From Candidatus Methylomirabilia bacterium (GTDB lineage Bacteria > Methylomirabilota > Methylomirabilia > Rokubacteriales > CSP1-6), in NCBI GenBank assembly GCA_046758965.1, contig JBHIBG010000060.1, positions 1 to 16,460 of the forward strand: a DNA stretch of 16,460 bases, given 5' to 3'. Positions 1 to 8,767 of this stretch are shown here, piece after piece; positions within the stretch are counted from its first letter, which is position 1; the number at the start of each line of letters is the position of its first letter. Position numbers and translations under genes: made by a program. A model generated the notes under the pieces. The model made no database searches. It saw nothing but the letters and a program-made list of their open reading frames with translations, and had not been told where the DNA came from.

Positions 1-1
1 C

Positions 2-280
2 CAGATCACTCTCGAAGCTGACTATGTGGTGCGAGTGGTGGTGGACCTGGCAAATCGGCCAGAGGGGATTTGGGCAAGCGGACTGGCGTCCGGCCTGGGG
101 CACATGGCCGTCCTGCTGCTGATCTTGCTGCTGGCCGCGGCGAAAGCGCTCCTGGTGGCCTTGAACTACACGCACCTCAGGTACGAGCGCCTGTCTATCT
201 ACGCGATCGTGCTCGTGCCGGTTCACTTCGTCGTAGGCCTCCTGCTCGCCCTGATCCCGGATATGGTCTTCGGGCGCTGA
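2..280 (+). CDS. Cytochrome c oxidase subunit IV (caa3-type Cox4)-like membrane segment; 5' end uncertain, possibly a truncated or chimeric remnant
   Basis: C-terminal part LLILLLAAAKALLVALNYTHLRYE...IVLVP...LIPD fits the prokaryotic Cox4 pattern (AxxKAxLVxxxFMHL+xE). The frame is open from the window edge (QITLEADYVVRVVVDLANRPEG...), and this upstream part does not look like the first Cox4 helix. Confidence 0.5.
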   Translation, partial: QITLEADYVVRVVVDLANRPEGIWASGLASGLGHMAVLLLILLLAAAKALLVALNYTHLRYERLSIYAIVLVPVHFVVGLLLALIPDMVFGR

Positions 281-369
281 GGCGGGCAAGAGCTGGGCGA
301 CCGCCCGCCGGCACCCCTGATCGCCGGACAGCCGCCACCTCCAGCGAGACCCCCACTCCCGAGGTGGGG
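281..369. terminator. Two GC-rich hairpins between convergent genes (possible terminator or RNA-stabilising stems)
   Basis: GGCGGGC (281-287) pairs with GCCCGCC (303-309); CCCCAC (351-356) pairs with GTGGGG (364-369). There is no U-tract, so intrinsic termination is doubtful. Confidence 0.25.
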
Positions 370-370
370 C

Positions 371-1294
371 TCAACGATAGTGCCTGTTGAGCTCGGAAGC
401 ATACCGGGCGCCCACGCGGTCGGAGTTCTGATCAAGCCACTGCCCCAGGCTCGTGGATCCCGTCGGGGGGAGGTCGGACACCAGACGGTTCGCCATCAAC
501 CCCTCGACTTCATCCCGGGTGAGCACCACATCATTGACGACATAGCCCGCCAATTGGGAAAGGAAAAGCGCCAGCCCCGGCTTCACATGAATGATCTTTG
601 CTCTGCTCCCGACCTTCCCGGCGATGAGGAGAACCAGCTCGTTGAAGGTGTACGTCTCGGGACCGACGGCATCCAGGACGATGTTGTCGTCTTCATGGGC
701 GAGGCTGACGGCTATCTCTGCGACATCTTCCACGAAGACCGGCCGCAGCCGGTACTCGCCCGATCCCGGGACCGCAAACACCGGGAACCGCCTCAGGAGC
801 CAGGCGAGGTTGTTGACGAGGATGTCCTCAGCCCCGAAGATGACGGTCGGACGGAGGATCGCGTACGACAAGTTGGAATGCATGACGGCCTTTTCAGAAA
901 GCCCTTTTCCCCTGAAATACGGAAGGCGCGAATCTTCTGAGGCGTTCGTGATGCTGACGTGCACGATTCTGCCAACGCCGGCTTCTTCGGCTGCCTTGAT
1001 GAGGGTCTTCGTATTGTCGACCGCCCGATCGAAGGTAACGCGCCCATACGAAAAGCGGACCCAGTAGGTGTTGTAAAGGGTGGTCGCTCCTTGCAGGCTC
1101 CTCCTCAACTCCCCCGGGCGATCGAAGTTGAACGGAGCCACACTCACCCGGTCGCCGAAGGGGCCCTCACGGTCGGGATGCCCGGTGAGCGTTCTGACGC
1201 TCTTCCCCATCGAAAGCAGTCGCCGCGTGATGTATTTGCCCGTGTAGCCGAAGGCCCCGGTCACGACGTTCAACTCCCGAGCGTCCATGGTCAT
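371..1294 (-). CDS. NAD(P)-binding atypical SDR / epimerase-dehydratase family protein (complex I NDUFA9-like)
   Basis: 307 aa; N-terminal VTGAFGYTG Rossmann motif, HVSIT, YFRGK (YxxxK), ILRPTVIFG, PVFVEDVA; RBS GGAGAGG directly upstream of the ATG. Confidence 0.85.
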   Translation of the reverse strand: MTMDARELNVVTGAFGYTGKYITRRLLSMGKSVRTLTGHPDREGPFGDRVSVAPFNFDRPGELRRSLQGATTLYNTYWVRFSYGRVTFDRAVDNTKTLIKAAEEAGVGRIVHVSITNASEDSRLPYFRGKGLSEKAVMHSNLSYAILRPTVIFGAEDILVNNLAWLLRRFPVFAVPGSGEYRLRPVFVEDVAEIAVSLAHEDDNIVLDAVGPETYTFNELVLLIAGKVGSRAKIIHVKPGLALFLSQLAGYVVNDVVLTRDEVEGLMANRLVSDLPPTGSTSLGQWLDQNSDRVGARYASELNRHYR

Positions 1295-1424
1295 ACCTCT
1301 CCGTGACGATCCCGGACCTCAGCGATCCACCGCTCGCCGGATCGAAAGCGATCAGATCGATGCACGGAAATTCACGTTTTTTCGCTGGAGCGGCGCCTCA
1401 GGATCCAGCTTGCCGGCAGCCATA

Positions 1425-1454
1425 AGAATAGTAGGTGCGAGGCAGGATGCTCAA
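1425..1454 (-). promoter_or_regulatory. Possible sigma70-type promoter for the NDUFA9-like gene
   Basis: Minus strand TTGAGC-N18-TATTCT in a relatively AT-rich intergenic stretch; motif match only. Confidence 0.25.
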
Positions 1455-1489
1455 CCACCACGGAGGACTTTGGACGCGGGCGAAGAGCG

Positions 1490-2281
1490 TTACGTCTGAA
1501 GCAGGCGCCGGACGCGCTCCAAGACTCTCCGAGCCTTCTCCTCGGGGGTGCCTTCGATGAACTCGCGCCGCCGCTCGCTCCTGTCCGCCTCCCAGACATC
1601 GGCGACCACCGTCGGTGACCCCTTGAAGCCGATCCACTCTTCATCGACCGCGAGATCCGCCGCGCCCCAGATCGTGACCTCCCCGGGGGCGCGGCGCCGG
1701 TCCATGTCCATGAAGCGCGGCTCGTTGACCCCGAGCTTCACGGAGGCCACCGCGGGAAGCGGGACGGCGACGACCTCGCGCCCCCCCCGGATCTCCCGCT
1801 CCCCGACCAGGCGGCCGTCCGCACGGACGGCAAGCTCCATCGCGAAGCTGATCTGGGCTGAGCCGAGCCACTCGGCGATCCCCTGCGGGACCTGGCCCGT
1901 GGCTCCGTCGCTTGACTCTTCCCCGCAGAGGACCAGGTCCCAGGAGCCGATCCTCTCGATCCCCTTGGCAAGCACATAGCAGGTGGCAAGCGTGTCAGCC
2001 CCGCCGAAGGCGCGGTCTGAGAGGAGGTAGGCGCGGTCAGCTCCCATGGCAAGCCCCACCTGGAGATAGGGAGCGGCGAACGGGGGGCCCATGGACACGA
2101 GCGACACCGTCCCGCCGGACTGCTCCCGGAGCGTCAGCGCCAGCTCGATGGCGTTCATGTCGGGAGGGTTCAGCTCCGATCGCGCCTTGGCCCGGTCGAT
2201 GGTCCGGGTGTCGGCCTTCACCGAAACCTCCTCGGGCCGGGGCACCACCTTGACGCAGACAATGATCTCCAGCGGGCTCAT
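1490..2281 (-). CDS. etfB: Electron transfer flavoprotein beta subunit (EtfB/FixA family, probably bifurcating type)
   Basis: IIVCVKVVP, LNPPDMNAIE, SMGPP, DRAFGGADTLAT, SSDGATGQV, NEPR, GFKGSPT; ATGA overlap with etfA. Confidence 0.95.
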   Translation of the reverse strand: MSPLEIIVCVKVVPRPEEVSVKADTRTIDRAKARSELNPPDMNAIELALTLREQSGGTVSLVSMGPPFAAPYLQVGLAMGADRAYLLSDRAFGGADTLATCYVLAKGIERIGSWDLVLCGEESSDGATGQVPQGIAEWLGSAQISFAMELAVRADGRLVGEREIRGGREVVAVPLPAVASVKLGVNEPRFMDMDRRRAPGEVTIWGAADLAVDEEWIGFKGSPTVVADVWEADRSERRREFIEGTPEEKARRVLERVRRLLQT

Positions 2282-3288
2282 GCTCCTCGCGCCTTCCGAA
2301 GCTCGGCGACCAGAGCCTCGAGGACCGGGAAGAGGTCATCCACGACGCAGAGGTCGGCCTCCTCGAAGATCGGCGCCTCGGGGTCGGAGTTCATCGCGAT
2401 AATGTACTCGGCGTCCTTGACCCCCACGGTGAACTGCGTGGCCCCGCTGATCCCGCACACCACGGCCAGCTTCGGCCGGGTGACAGATCCGGTCTGGCCG
2501 ATCTGGCGATCGCGGCCGATCCACCCGAGATCGCAGGCCACGCGCGAGGCGCCCACCTCGCCGCCCAAGAGACCGGCCAGCTCTTCCAGCGGAGCGAAAT
2601 CGCCCTTTACGCCCCGGCCGCCTGCCACGATCACCCCGGCCCGGGTGATCTCCACCCCCTCGTGGCGGACCCGCTCGAGGATCTCGGTCCTGATCTCCTC
2701 CGGCGACAGCGCGACGGGGACTCTCTCGATCACCCCTGACCGCACCGGATCAGGGGGCGAAAGCGGAAAGATGCCCGGCCTGACCGTCGCCATCTGAGGC
2801 CGGTGGTGGGCGCACTTGATGGAGGCCAGGACCCCCCCGCCGAACCCGCTCACTTCGCCGAGAAGGAGCCCCGTCCCTTCCTCGAGGCCAAGCCCGGTGC
2901 AATCGGCGGTGAGGCCGGTCCTGAGCCGGACGGCGAGCCGCCCGGCGAGATCGCGTCCGTTAGGGGTCGCGCCGAGGAGGAACGTCTCAGGTTTCCGCTC
3001 GAGGATAATTCGCGCCGCGAGGTTCGTATACGCGTCGGTGGTGTAGGCTGCCACAAGCGGGTGCTCGGCCACCAGAACGTGGTCCGCCCCGTGGGCGATG
3101 GCCGCCCGCGCCGCGCCTTCGACCTCGTGGCCCAGGAGGAGCCCGGTGAGGGGCACCGCCTTGCGGGCCGCCAGCTCCCGCCCTTTGCCAAGCAGCTCGA
3201 GGGCCACGCTCTCGAGCCTGCCGCCCTCTTGCTCCAGGGAGACCCAGAGACCTGAAGCCGCTTCAGGACCGTATGCCGGAGGGATCAT
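2278..3288 (-). CDS. etfA: Electron transfer flavoprotein alpha subunit (EtfA/FixB family)
   Basis: GRDLAGRLA, GLTADCT, PQMATVRPG, IVAGGRG, VGASR, QIGQTG, GISGATQF, NSDPEAPIF; ATGA overlap with the upstream gene. Confidence 0.95.
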   Translation of the reverse strand: MIPPAYGPEAASGLWVSLEQEGGRLESVALELLGKGRELAARKAVPLTGLLLGHEVEGAARAAIAHGADHVLVAEHPLVAAYTTDAYTNLAARIILERKPETFLLGATPNGRDLAGRLAVRLRTGLTADCTGLGLEEGTGLLLGEVSGFGGGVLASIKCAHHRPQMATVRPGIFPLSPPDPVRSGVIERVPVALSPEEIRTEILERVRHEGVEITRAGVIVAGGRGVKGDFAPLEELAGLLGGEVGASRVACDLGWIGRDRQIGQTGSVTRPKLAVVCGISGATQFTVGVKDAEYIIAMNSDPEAPIFEEADLCVVDDLFPVLEALVAELRKARGA

Positions 3289-4463
3289 GAAGTGTGCCCT
3301 CTCTCCCCGATCTCGGTCAGCGCCTGGCAGGCCAGCTCGCTGAGCTCCATGACCCTGAGCCGATCTTCCCCGACCACCTTGGCGCTATCCTCCAGGCAGA
3401 GGAGACAGAAGGGGCAAGCGGTGACGAGAAGCTCGGCTCCGGTCTCCCGAGCCTGGCGGACCCTGAAATCTCCGAAGCGCTCGCCTGCTTCAGTCTCGAG
3501 CCACATGCGCCCGCCTCCGCCACCGCAGCAGAGGGCGTACTCCCGGCTCGAGGTCATCTCCGCCACCGTCAACCCCGGGATCGCGGAGAGGAGCTTCCGT
3601 GGCGGATCGTAGAGCCCGTGCCGACGGCCGAGGTAGCACGGATCGTGGTAGGTCACCGTGGCCGTGACCTCCCTCTGGAACCGGAGGCGTCCTTCGTCCA
3701 CGAGGCGCGCCAGGAGCTCGCTATAGTGCGCAACCTCCAGGCCGTCGCCGAACGGGTAGCGAGTCCGGAACATGTCGAAGCAGTGAGGGGAGAGCGCGAC
3801 GAGGCGCCGCACGCCCGCCGCCTGGAAGCGTTTGGTGGCGGCCGCAACGACCTCGGCCAGGTACGCCTCCTCCCCCACCATCCGCACCGCCTCCCCGCAG
3901 CAGGGCTCATCCGGGAGGATGCCGAAGCTCACTCCCGCCTGACGGAGGAGCTTCACCACGCTCCGCGCGATCTTCTGGCTCCGGCGGTCGTAAGCGGCGG
4001 TGCATCCGATGTAGAGCAGGAGTTCCTGGTCGGCTGAGAAGACGGGAACGTCCAGCCCCTTCGCCCACGCGGTCCGAGAAGAGGGCGGCTGATCCCAAGG
4101 GTTTCCGTCCCAGTGGATCGCCCAGAGCATGCTCGGAAGCCCCTTCGGCACTGACCGGCGCTTCCAGGCGAGCGCCCGAAGGGTGAGCAGCACCTCGCTC
4201 ACGGGGACGCCCCGGGGACAGAGCGCCTCGCACGCTCCGCAGGTGGTGCAGAGCCAGATCGCCTCGCCCCAACCCTCGACGCCGAGCTGGGCCATGCGGA
4301 TCAGCTGGCGGATGCTCACCGGATCCTGCTGGACCAACCCCCACGGGCAGACCGCGGTGCAGACCCCGCACTGATAGCACGGCGCCGTCGCGCCGCGAGT
4401 CGCCCCCACGATCTCGTCCCAAAAGGCGTCGTCGAGAACCCGAAGAGGAGAAGAATCACTCAC
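3285..4463 (-). CDS. HdrD/BamD/GlpC-like soluble Fe-S oxidoreductase (2x[4Fe-4S] plus 2 CCG domains)
   Basis: CYQCGVCTAVCP and CTTCGACEALCP ferredoxin motifs; CCG domain 1 (YIGC..PCCG..SPHC) and CCG domain 2 (YHDPCYLGR..CCGGGGG..TACPFC); GNPW motif; no obvious TM helices; GTG start overlaps the hdrA stop. Confidence 0.88.
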   Translation of the reverse strand: MSDSSPLRVLDDAFWDEIVGATRGATAPCYQCGVCTAVCPWGLVQQDPVSIRQLIRMAQLGVEGWGEAIWLCTTCGACEALCPRGVPVSEVLLTLRALAWKRRSVPKGLPSMLWAIHWDGNPWDQPPSSRTAWAKGLDVPVFSADQELLLYIGCTAAYDRRSQKIARSVVKLLRQAGVSFGILPDEPCCGEAVRMVGEEAYLAEVVAAATKRFQAAGVRRLVALSPHCFDMFRTRYPFGDGLEVAHYSELLARLVDEGRLRFQREVTATVTYHDPCYLGRRHGLYDPPRKLLSAIPGLTVAEMTSSREYALCCGGGGGRMWLETEAGERFGDFRVRQARETGAELLVTACPFCLLCLEDSAKVVGEDRLRVMELSELACQALTEIGERGHTS

Positions 4464-7400
4464 TGGGTTCCACCAAAGCCCGGGAGGCCATATACTCCTG
4501 GACCACCTCGTGCATCTCGCGCATCTTGGCTGCGAATTCCTTCCCTTCGGAGGCTGAAATCCACCTGAGCTGGAAGCGCTCCGGCACGATCCCTCGCTTG
4601 GCCCACTTCTTTTGCCAGAGCCCGAAGCGCTTGAGCGTGGACTGATTGGCGTAGTTATAGTGGCAGTCCGAGCCCTTGTCCGTGAGCCGACAGCCGGTCA
4701 CCAGCACCGCCCCCGCGCCCAGCTCGAAGGCGCGATCAATAAACTCCCCTTCCACGCGGGCCGAGCACATGGTGCGGATGATCCGGGCCGACGTCGGGTA
4801 CTGGATCTTCTCAATCCCCGCCTGGTCTGCGCCCGCGTAGGAGCACCAGTTACACGTGAAGACCAACACCTTCTCTTCGGGGCGTTCCACCAGCGCCGCG
4901 TCGATCTGGGCCAGCATCTGCTTCTTGGTGAAGTACGGCATGGTGATGGCGTCATGGTTGCACGTGGCCGCGCAGTTCCCGCATCCCATGCACGCCGCCT
5001 CGATGACCCTGATCTTCCCCTCTTTCACCTTGCCGAGCTGCTCGATAGCCCCGTAGGGGCAGGACGGGACGCAGAGCATGCAGCCGTTACAGAGGTCGGG
5101 CTCCACCCCGGCCGTGAGAGGCTCCTTCTCGATAACGCCCCTGGCCAGCAGGGCCCCCGCCTTTGCGGCGGCCGCAAGCGCCTGGGCCGTACTCTCCCTG
5201 ACATCCTTCGGGGCTTGGGAAGTCCCCGCCAGGTAGATCCCCTGAGAGGCGGTCTCGGCCGGGCCCAGCTTCGGGTGGAGCTCGAGCAGAAACCCATCCT
5301 CGCTCTTGGCGATCTTGAGCTGTTGAAAGAGGCTCTCCTCGCGCGGGCGGAGCCCCAGGACCAGGACCAGGAGGTTGGTCGGGATCTTCACCGGCACTCC
5401 GAGGAAGGCGTCGCGGAGGATCACGGCGGTGCCGTCGAAGGTCACCACCTCCTCGGGAGACCGGTCGGAAGGGTAGCGGAAGAACTGCACCCCGGCGCGC
5501 ATCGCCTCCTCGTAGAGCTCCTCAGCGTGGCGGCTGAAGGTGCGGATGTCTTTGAAGAGGACCCGGACCTGCTTGCCCAGTCGCCTCAGCCTGAGCGCCT
5601 GGGCGATCATGGAGACGCAGCAGTAGCGGGAGCACCCCGCGCCGTTCTCGCGAGACCCCACGCACCCCACGAACGTGACCTGACGAGCCTCCAGGTGCGG
5701 GAGTATCTCCTCCAGTTCCAGGTTGGTGATCACCCGGGGATCCAGGTTGCGGAGGAACTCGGTCGGGGCATAGGGGCGGGCGCCGGTGGCAAGCACCACC
5801 GCCCCGATCCGCAGCTCGATGCCGTCAACCAGGCGGGCAGAGAAGTTGCCGACAAACCCGCCGATCTGCTCCACCTCGGTTCCCAGATGAAGGTGAACGC
5901 CTGTCTCGTGGAGCTCCTGTTCGTGCCGCGCCAGCAGCTCCTCAGCCTTGATCCCCGAGGGAGCCAGCTCATCAAGATAGCGGAGCAGGCCTCCCAGCTT
6001 CTGCTCTTTCTCCACCAGGTGGGTTTCGTACCCCTGACGAGCCAGCGCCGCGGCGGCGGTCATCCCGGCGATCCCGCCGCCGACAACGAGCGCCCGCTGG
6101 ATGACCGGGCTTCGGGTCGTCGTGAGCGGCTCGAGGCGCCGCGCCTTCTCGACCCCCATCGCGACCATGTCCAAGGCCTTGACGGTGGCCTCCTCCCGCT
6201 CCTGCTTGTGGACCCACGAGTCCTGGTTTCGGACGTTCACCATCTCCAGCAGGAAGGGGTTCAGGCCGGCCCGGATCAGGACCTTCCTGAAGATCGCCTC
6301 GTGGGTCTTGGGGGAGCACGCGGCGACGATCACCCGGTTGATCCCCTTCGCGCGGATTGCCTCCTCGATCTCCTTCTGGGTGTTGCCCGCGCAGGAGTAC
6401 ATCTGGTTCTGGGCCCAGACCACGTCCGGAAGGTTTCGGGAGTGCTCGACGACCCGGGGGACGTCCACGACCCCGGCGATGTTTGACCCGCAGTGGCAGA
6501 CGAACACGCCGACCCGCGGTGTGTCGATCCCCGCGAGAGGTTCAACGTGAGGCTCCTCAGGGAAGGAGCGGGAGGAAAGATGGGCCAGGGCCAGGGAGGT
6601 GGCGGCGCCCGCCTCGGCCACGCTGTCCGGGATGTCCTTGGGTCCGCTGGCGCAGCCCGCGGCGTACACACCCGGTCGGGTCGTGGCGATCAGCCCCGCC
6701 CTCTCTTCCACCGCCCGGATGAAGCCGTCCTCATCCAGCTCGATCCCGAGGGCCCGGGCCAGATCGGCAAGGCCGTCGGGAGGGCGGACCGCCGTCGCCA
6801 AGACCACCATGTCGTAGCTCTCCTCCCTGAGCCGCCTCGCCTCGGTGTCTTCAAAGCGGACCCTGAGGCCGCCGCCTTCGGGCCGGACCGAGGCGGGACG
6901 ACCGCGGACGAACTTCGCCCCCTCAATCCGGGTGCGCTCCAGGAACCCGTCGAAGCCCTTGCCATAGGCTCTCAGGTCCATATAGAGGACCGTGACGTCC
7001 CTGATCCCGTGGTCGATGAGCTGGAAGGCGTGCTTCACCGAGTACATGCAGCAGAAGCGGGAGCAGAAGCGGAAGAAGCGGCGGTCGCGGGAGCCGGCGC
7101 AGAGGACCAGGAGGACCCGCTCAGGATGGCGGCCATCCGAGGGGCGGATGATCTCGCCTCCAGTGGGACCCGCCGAGGTCAGGAGGCGCTCAAGCTCGAG
7201 GGAGGTGAGGACATCCGGATGGCTCCCGTAACCGAACTCCTGGAGCAGGAGCGGGTCGATCAGGTCGTACCCCACCGCAACCACGATGGAGCCGACCTCG
7301 CGCTCCACTCGCCCCGAAAGGGGCATCCCGAAGTCGATGCACTTCGGGCCGCAGGCCTCGACGCAGCGCTGGCAGGGGAGGTAGTTGGGGGGATCGTTCA

Positions 7401-7854
7401 GGCAGCTCCCGATCTCCACCACATACGGGCCGGGGACCGCCTGCGCAATCGGAGTGTAGATGGCCTTGCGCGAGGCCATGGCCGCGTCGAACTCGTTGCC
7501 GAGAAGCACCGGGCAGGCGGGCACGCACTCACCACAGCGGGTACACTCGTCAGTCACGAAGCGGGCCCGCTGGCTGATCTCCACCCGGAAGCGACCGGGC
7601 TCCCCGGCGACCGACTCCACCTCGGCGAGCGTCAGGACCTCGATGTTGGGGTGCTGGCCCACCTCGGACATCTTCGGCGCCTCGATGCAGATCGAGCAAT
7701 CGAGGGTGGGGAAATTCTTGTCCAGCACCGCCATCTTCCCGCCGATGGTCGGCGCGCGCTCGACCAGGACGACCTTCGCGCCGGACTCCGCCAGATCCAG
7801 GGAGGCCTGGATGCCGGCGATGCCGCCGCCGATGACCAGCACCGAGTCGCTCAC
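4456..7854 (-). CDS. hdrA: Tandem heterodisulfide reductase subunit A-like flavoprotein fused to C-terminal MvhD ([2Fe-2S]) domain (HdrA-HdrA-MvhD)
   Basis: Start reassigned to GTG at 7854 (GGAAAGG upstream; then SDSVLVIGGGIAG). Contains LDKNFPTLDCSICI, an inserted ferredoxin CTRCGECVPACP, LCAGSRD..CSRFCC, GPKDIPDS, then VGVFVCHCGSNIAG, AACSP, a second VVGGGIAG, CVGSRE..CSRYCC, ELHPKL, two CxxCxxCxxxC motifs, and MvhD motifs FTCNWCSYAGAD, RTMCSARV, GC..DCHY, WISASEG. Confidence 0.92.
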   Translation of the reverse strand: MSDSVLVIGGGIAGIQASLDLAESGAKVVLVERAPTIGGKMAVLDKNFPTLDCSICIEAPKMSEVGQHPNIEVLTLAEVESVAGEPGRFRVEISQRARFVTDECTRCGECVPACPVLLGNEFDAAMASRKAIYTPIAQAVPGPYVVEIGSCLNDPPNYLPCQRCVEACGPKCIDFGMPLSGRVEREVGSIVVAVGYDLIDPLLLQEFGYGSHPDVLTSLELERLLTSAGPTGGEIIRPSDGRHPERVLLVLCAGSRDRRFFRFCSRFCCMYSVKHAFQLIDHGIRDVTVLYMDLRAYGKGFDGFLERTRIEGAKFVRGRPASVRPEGGGLRVRFEDTEARRLREESYDMVVLATAVRPPDGLADLARALGIELDEDGFIRAVEERAGLIATTRPGVYAAGCASGPKDIPDSVAEAGAATSLALAHLSSRSFPEEPHVEPLAGIDTPRVGVFVCHCGSNIAGVVDVPRVVEHSRNLPDVVWAQNQMYSCAGNTQKEIEEAIRAKGINRVIVAACSPKTHEAIFRKVLIRAGLNPFLLEMVNVRNQDSWVHKQEREEATVKALDMVAMGVEKARRLEPLTTTRSPVIQRALVVGGGIAGMTAAAALARQGYETHLVEKEQKLGGLLRYLDELAPSGIKAEELLARHEQELHETGVHLHLGTEVEQIGGFVGNFSARLVDGIELRIGAVVLATGARPYAPTEFLRNLDPRVITNLELEEILPHLEARQVTFVGCVGSRENGAGCSRYCCVSMIAQALRLRRLGKQVRVLFKDIRTFSRHAEELYEEAMRAGVQFFRYPSDRSPEEVVTFDGTAVILRDAFLGVPVKIPTNLLVLVLGLRPREESLFQQLKIAKSEDGFLLELHPKLGPAETASQGIYLAGTSQAPKDVRESTAQALAAAAKAGALLARGVIEKEPLTAGVEPDLCNGCMLCVPSCPYGAIEQLGKVKEGKIRVIEAACMGCGNCAATCNHDAITMPYFTKKQMLAQIDAALVERPEEKVLVFTCNWCSYAGADQAGIEKIQYPTSARIIRTMCSARVEGEFIDRAFELGAGAVLVTGCRLTDKGSDCHYNYANQSTLKRFGLWQKKWAKRGIVPERFQLRWISASEGKEFAAKMREMHEVVQEYMASRALVEPSE

Positions 7855-7947
7855 TGGACGACTACCTTTCCGTTCACGTACCCCCCTTGTCGGAGCCCCG
7901 CCCGCGCCTGCGGCGTGGGGACCCGGCCGGCGCAACCGAAAGAGATA

Positions 7948-8766
7948 CTATTTCTTGGCATCGAGACGGAAAAGGCGCCTGACGCCGTGTTCGAATAGCG
8001 ACTCCGGCAAGAGGCGGCGCAGCCGAGCGCTCCAGGTGGCCTCTTTACCGACCCTGTAGCGCAGCTTCGGCGAGCTGCCCTCAATGACGCGCAGAACGCA
8101 TTCGGCCACAACTGTTGGCTCAGGCGCCTTTCCCTCGTATTGTCGTCTCGCTCCGAGAACCCGCTGGCGCCACGGGTCGTAGTCGGCGATCCGCTCGGCA
8201 GCATCCTGCGCGTTGCGCGCCAACTGGGTGTTGATAAACCCCGGTTCCACCAGCGAGACATGGACGTTGAAGGGCTTGACTTCGTGCCGGAGCGCCTCGG
8301 TGTATCCCTCCAAGGCGAATTTGCTGGCTGAGTAGAGGGCGCCAAACGGCACGGGGACGAACCCGACCGCCGAACTGATGTTGATGATCTGTCCGGCGCC
8401 CTGTCGACGCATCGTCGGGAGCACTGCCTTGACCATCCGCACCACGCCAAAAAAATTCGTCTCGAACTGCGCCTTCGCCTCTCCCAAACTGACTTCTTCA
8501 ACGGCGCCGCGCAGGACATACCCGGCGTTGTTGACAAGAATGTCCAACCGTCCCTCCCGCTTCAGCACCGTGTCCACGCAGCCGACCACTGACTCGTCCA
8601 CCCGCAGATCCAGGGGCAACATGGCGACGCCGGGTACCTTCTCCGCGCTCGATGGGTCACGGCTCGTCCCAAAGACGGTGAAGCCCCGCTGAGCAAGCGT
8701 TCGCGCAATGGCCTGGCCGATGCCGGAAGAAGCCCCGCTGACGAGAACAACCTTCTGTTCAAACAT
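7948..8766 (-). CDS. Classical short-chain dehydrogenase/reductase (SDR), 272 aa
   Basis: Start reassigned to ATG at 8766 (MFEQKVVLVSGASSGIG), 1 nt after the korC stop; LVNNAG, NFFG, INISS, YSASKFALEG catalytic YxxxK, VEPGFINT. Confidence 0.92.
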   Translation of the reverse strand: MFEQKVVLVSGASSGIGQAIARTLAQRGFTVFGTSRDPSSAEKVPGVAMLPLDLRVDESVVGCVDTVLKREGRLDILVNNAGYVLRGAVEEVSLGEAKAQFETNFFGVVRMVKAVLPTMRRQGAGQIINISSAVGFVPVPFGALYSASKFALEGYTEALRHEVKPFNVHVSLVEPGFINTQLARNAQDAAERIADYDPWRQRVLGARRQYEGKAPEPTVVAECVLRVIEGSSPKLRYRVGKEATWSARLRRLLPESLFEHGVRRLFRLDAKK

Positions 8767-8767
8767 C

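Noticed and set aside
4456..7854. Selenocysteine in HdrA or MvhD, which are selenoproteins in some organisms
   Set aside because: The frame is uninterrupted and the relevant motifs (LDCSIC, CNWC, GC..DCHY) are encoded as Cys.
4612..7998. Long plus-strand ORFs (4612-6486, 6493-7998; likewise 8825-9682, 10290-11438, 11213-12340, 3294-4037)
   Set aside because: They are antisense shadows of well-supported minus-strand genes in GC-rich DNA, with no recognisable motifs.
7851..8537. 228-aa minus-strand ORF whose TGA overlaps the hdrA GTG
   Set aside because: It is an alternate frame of the SDR gene with Arg/Ser-rich, non-protein-like composition; the GTGA overlap arises automatically from GTG-AGC.
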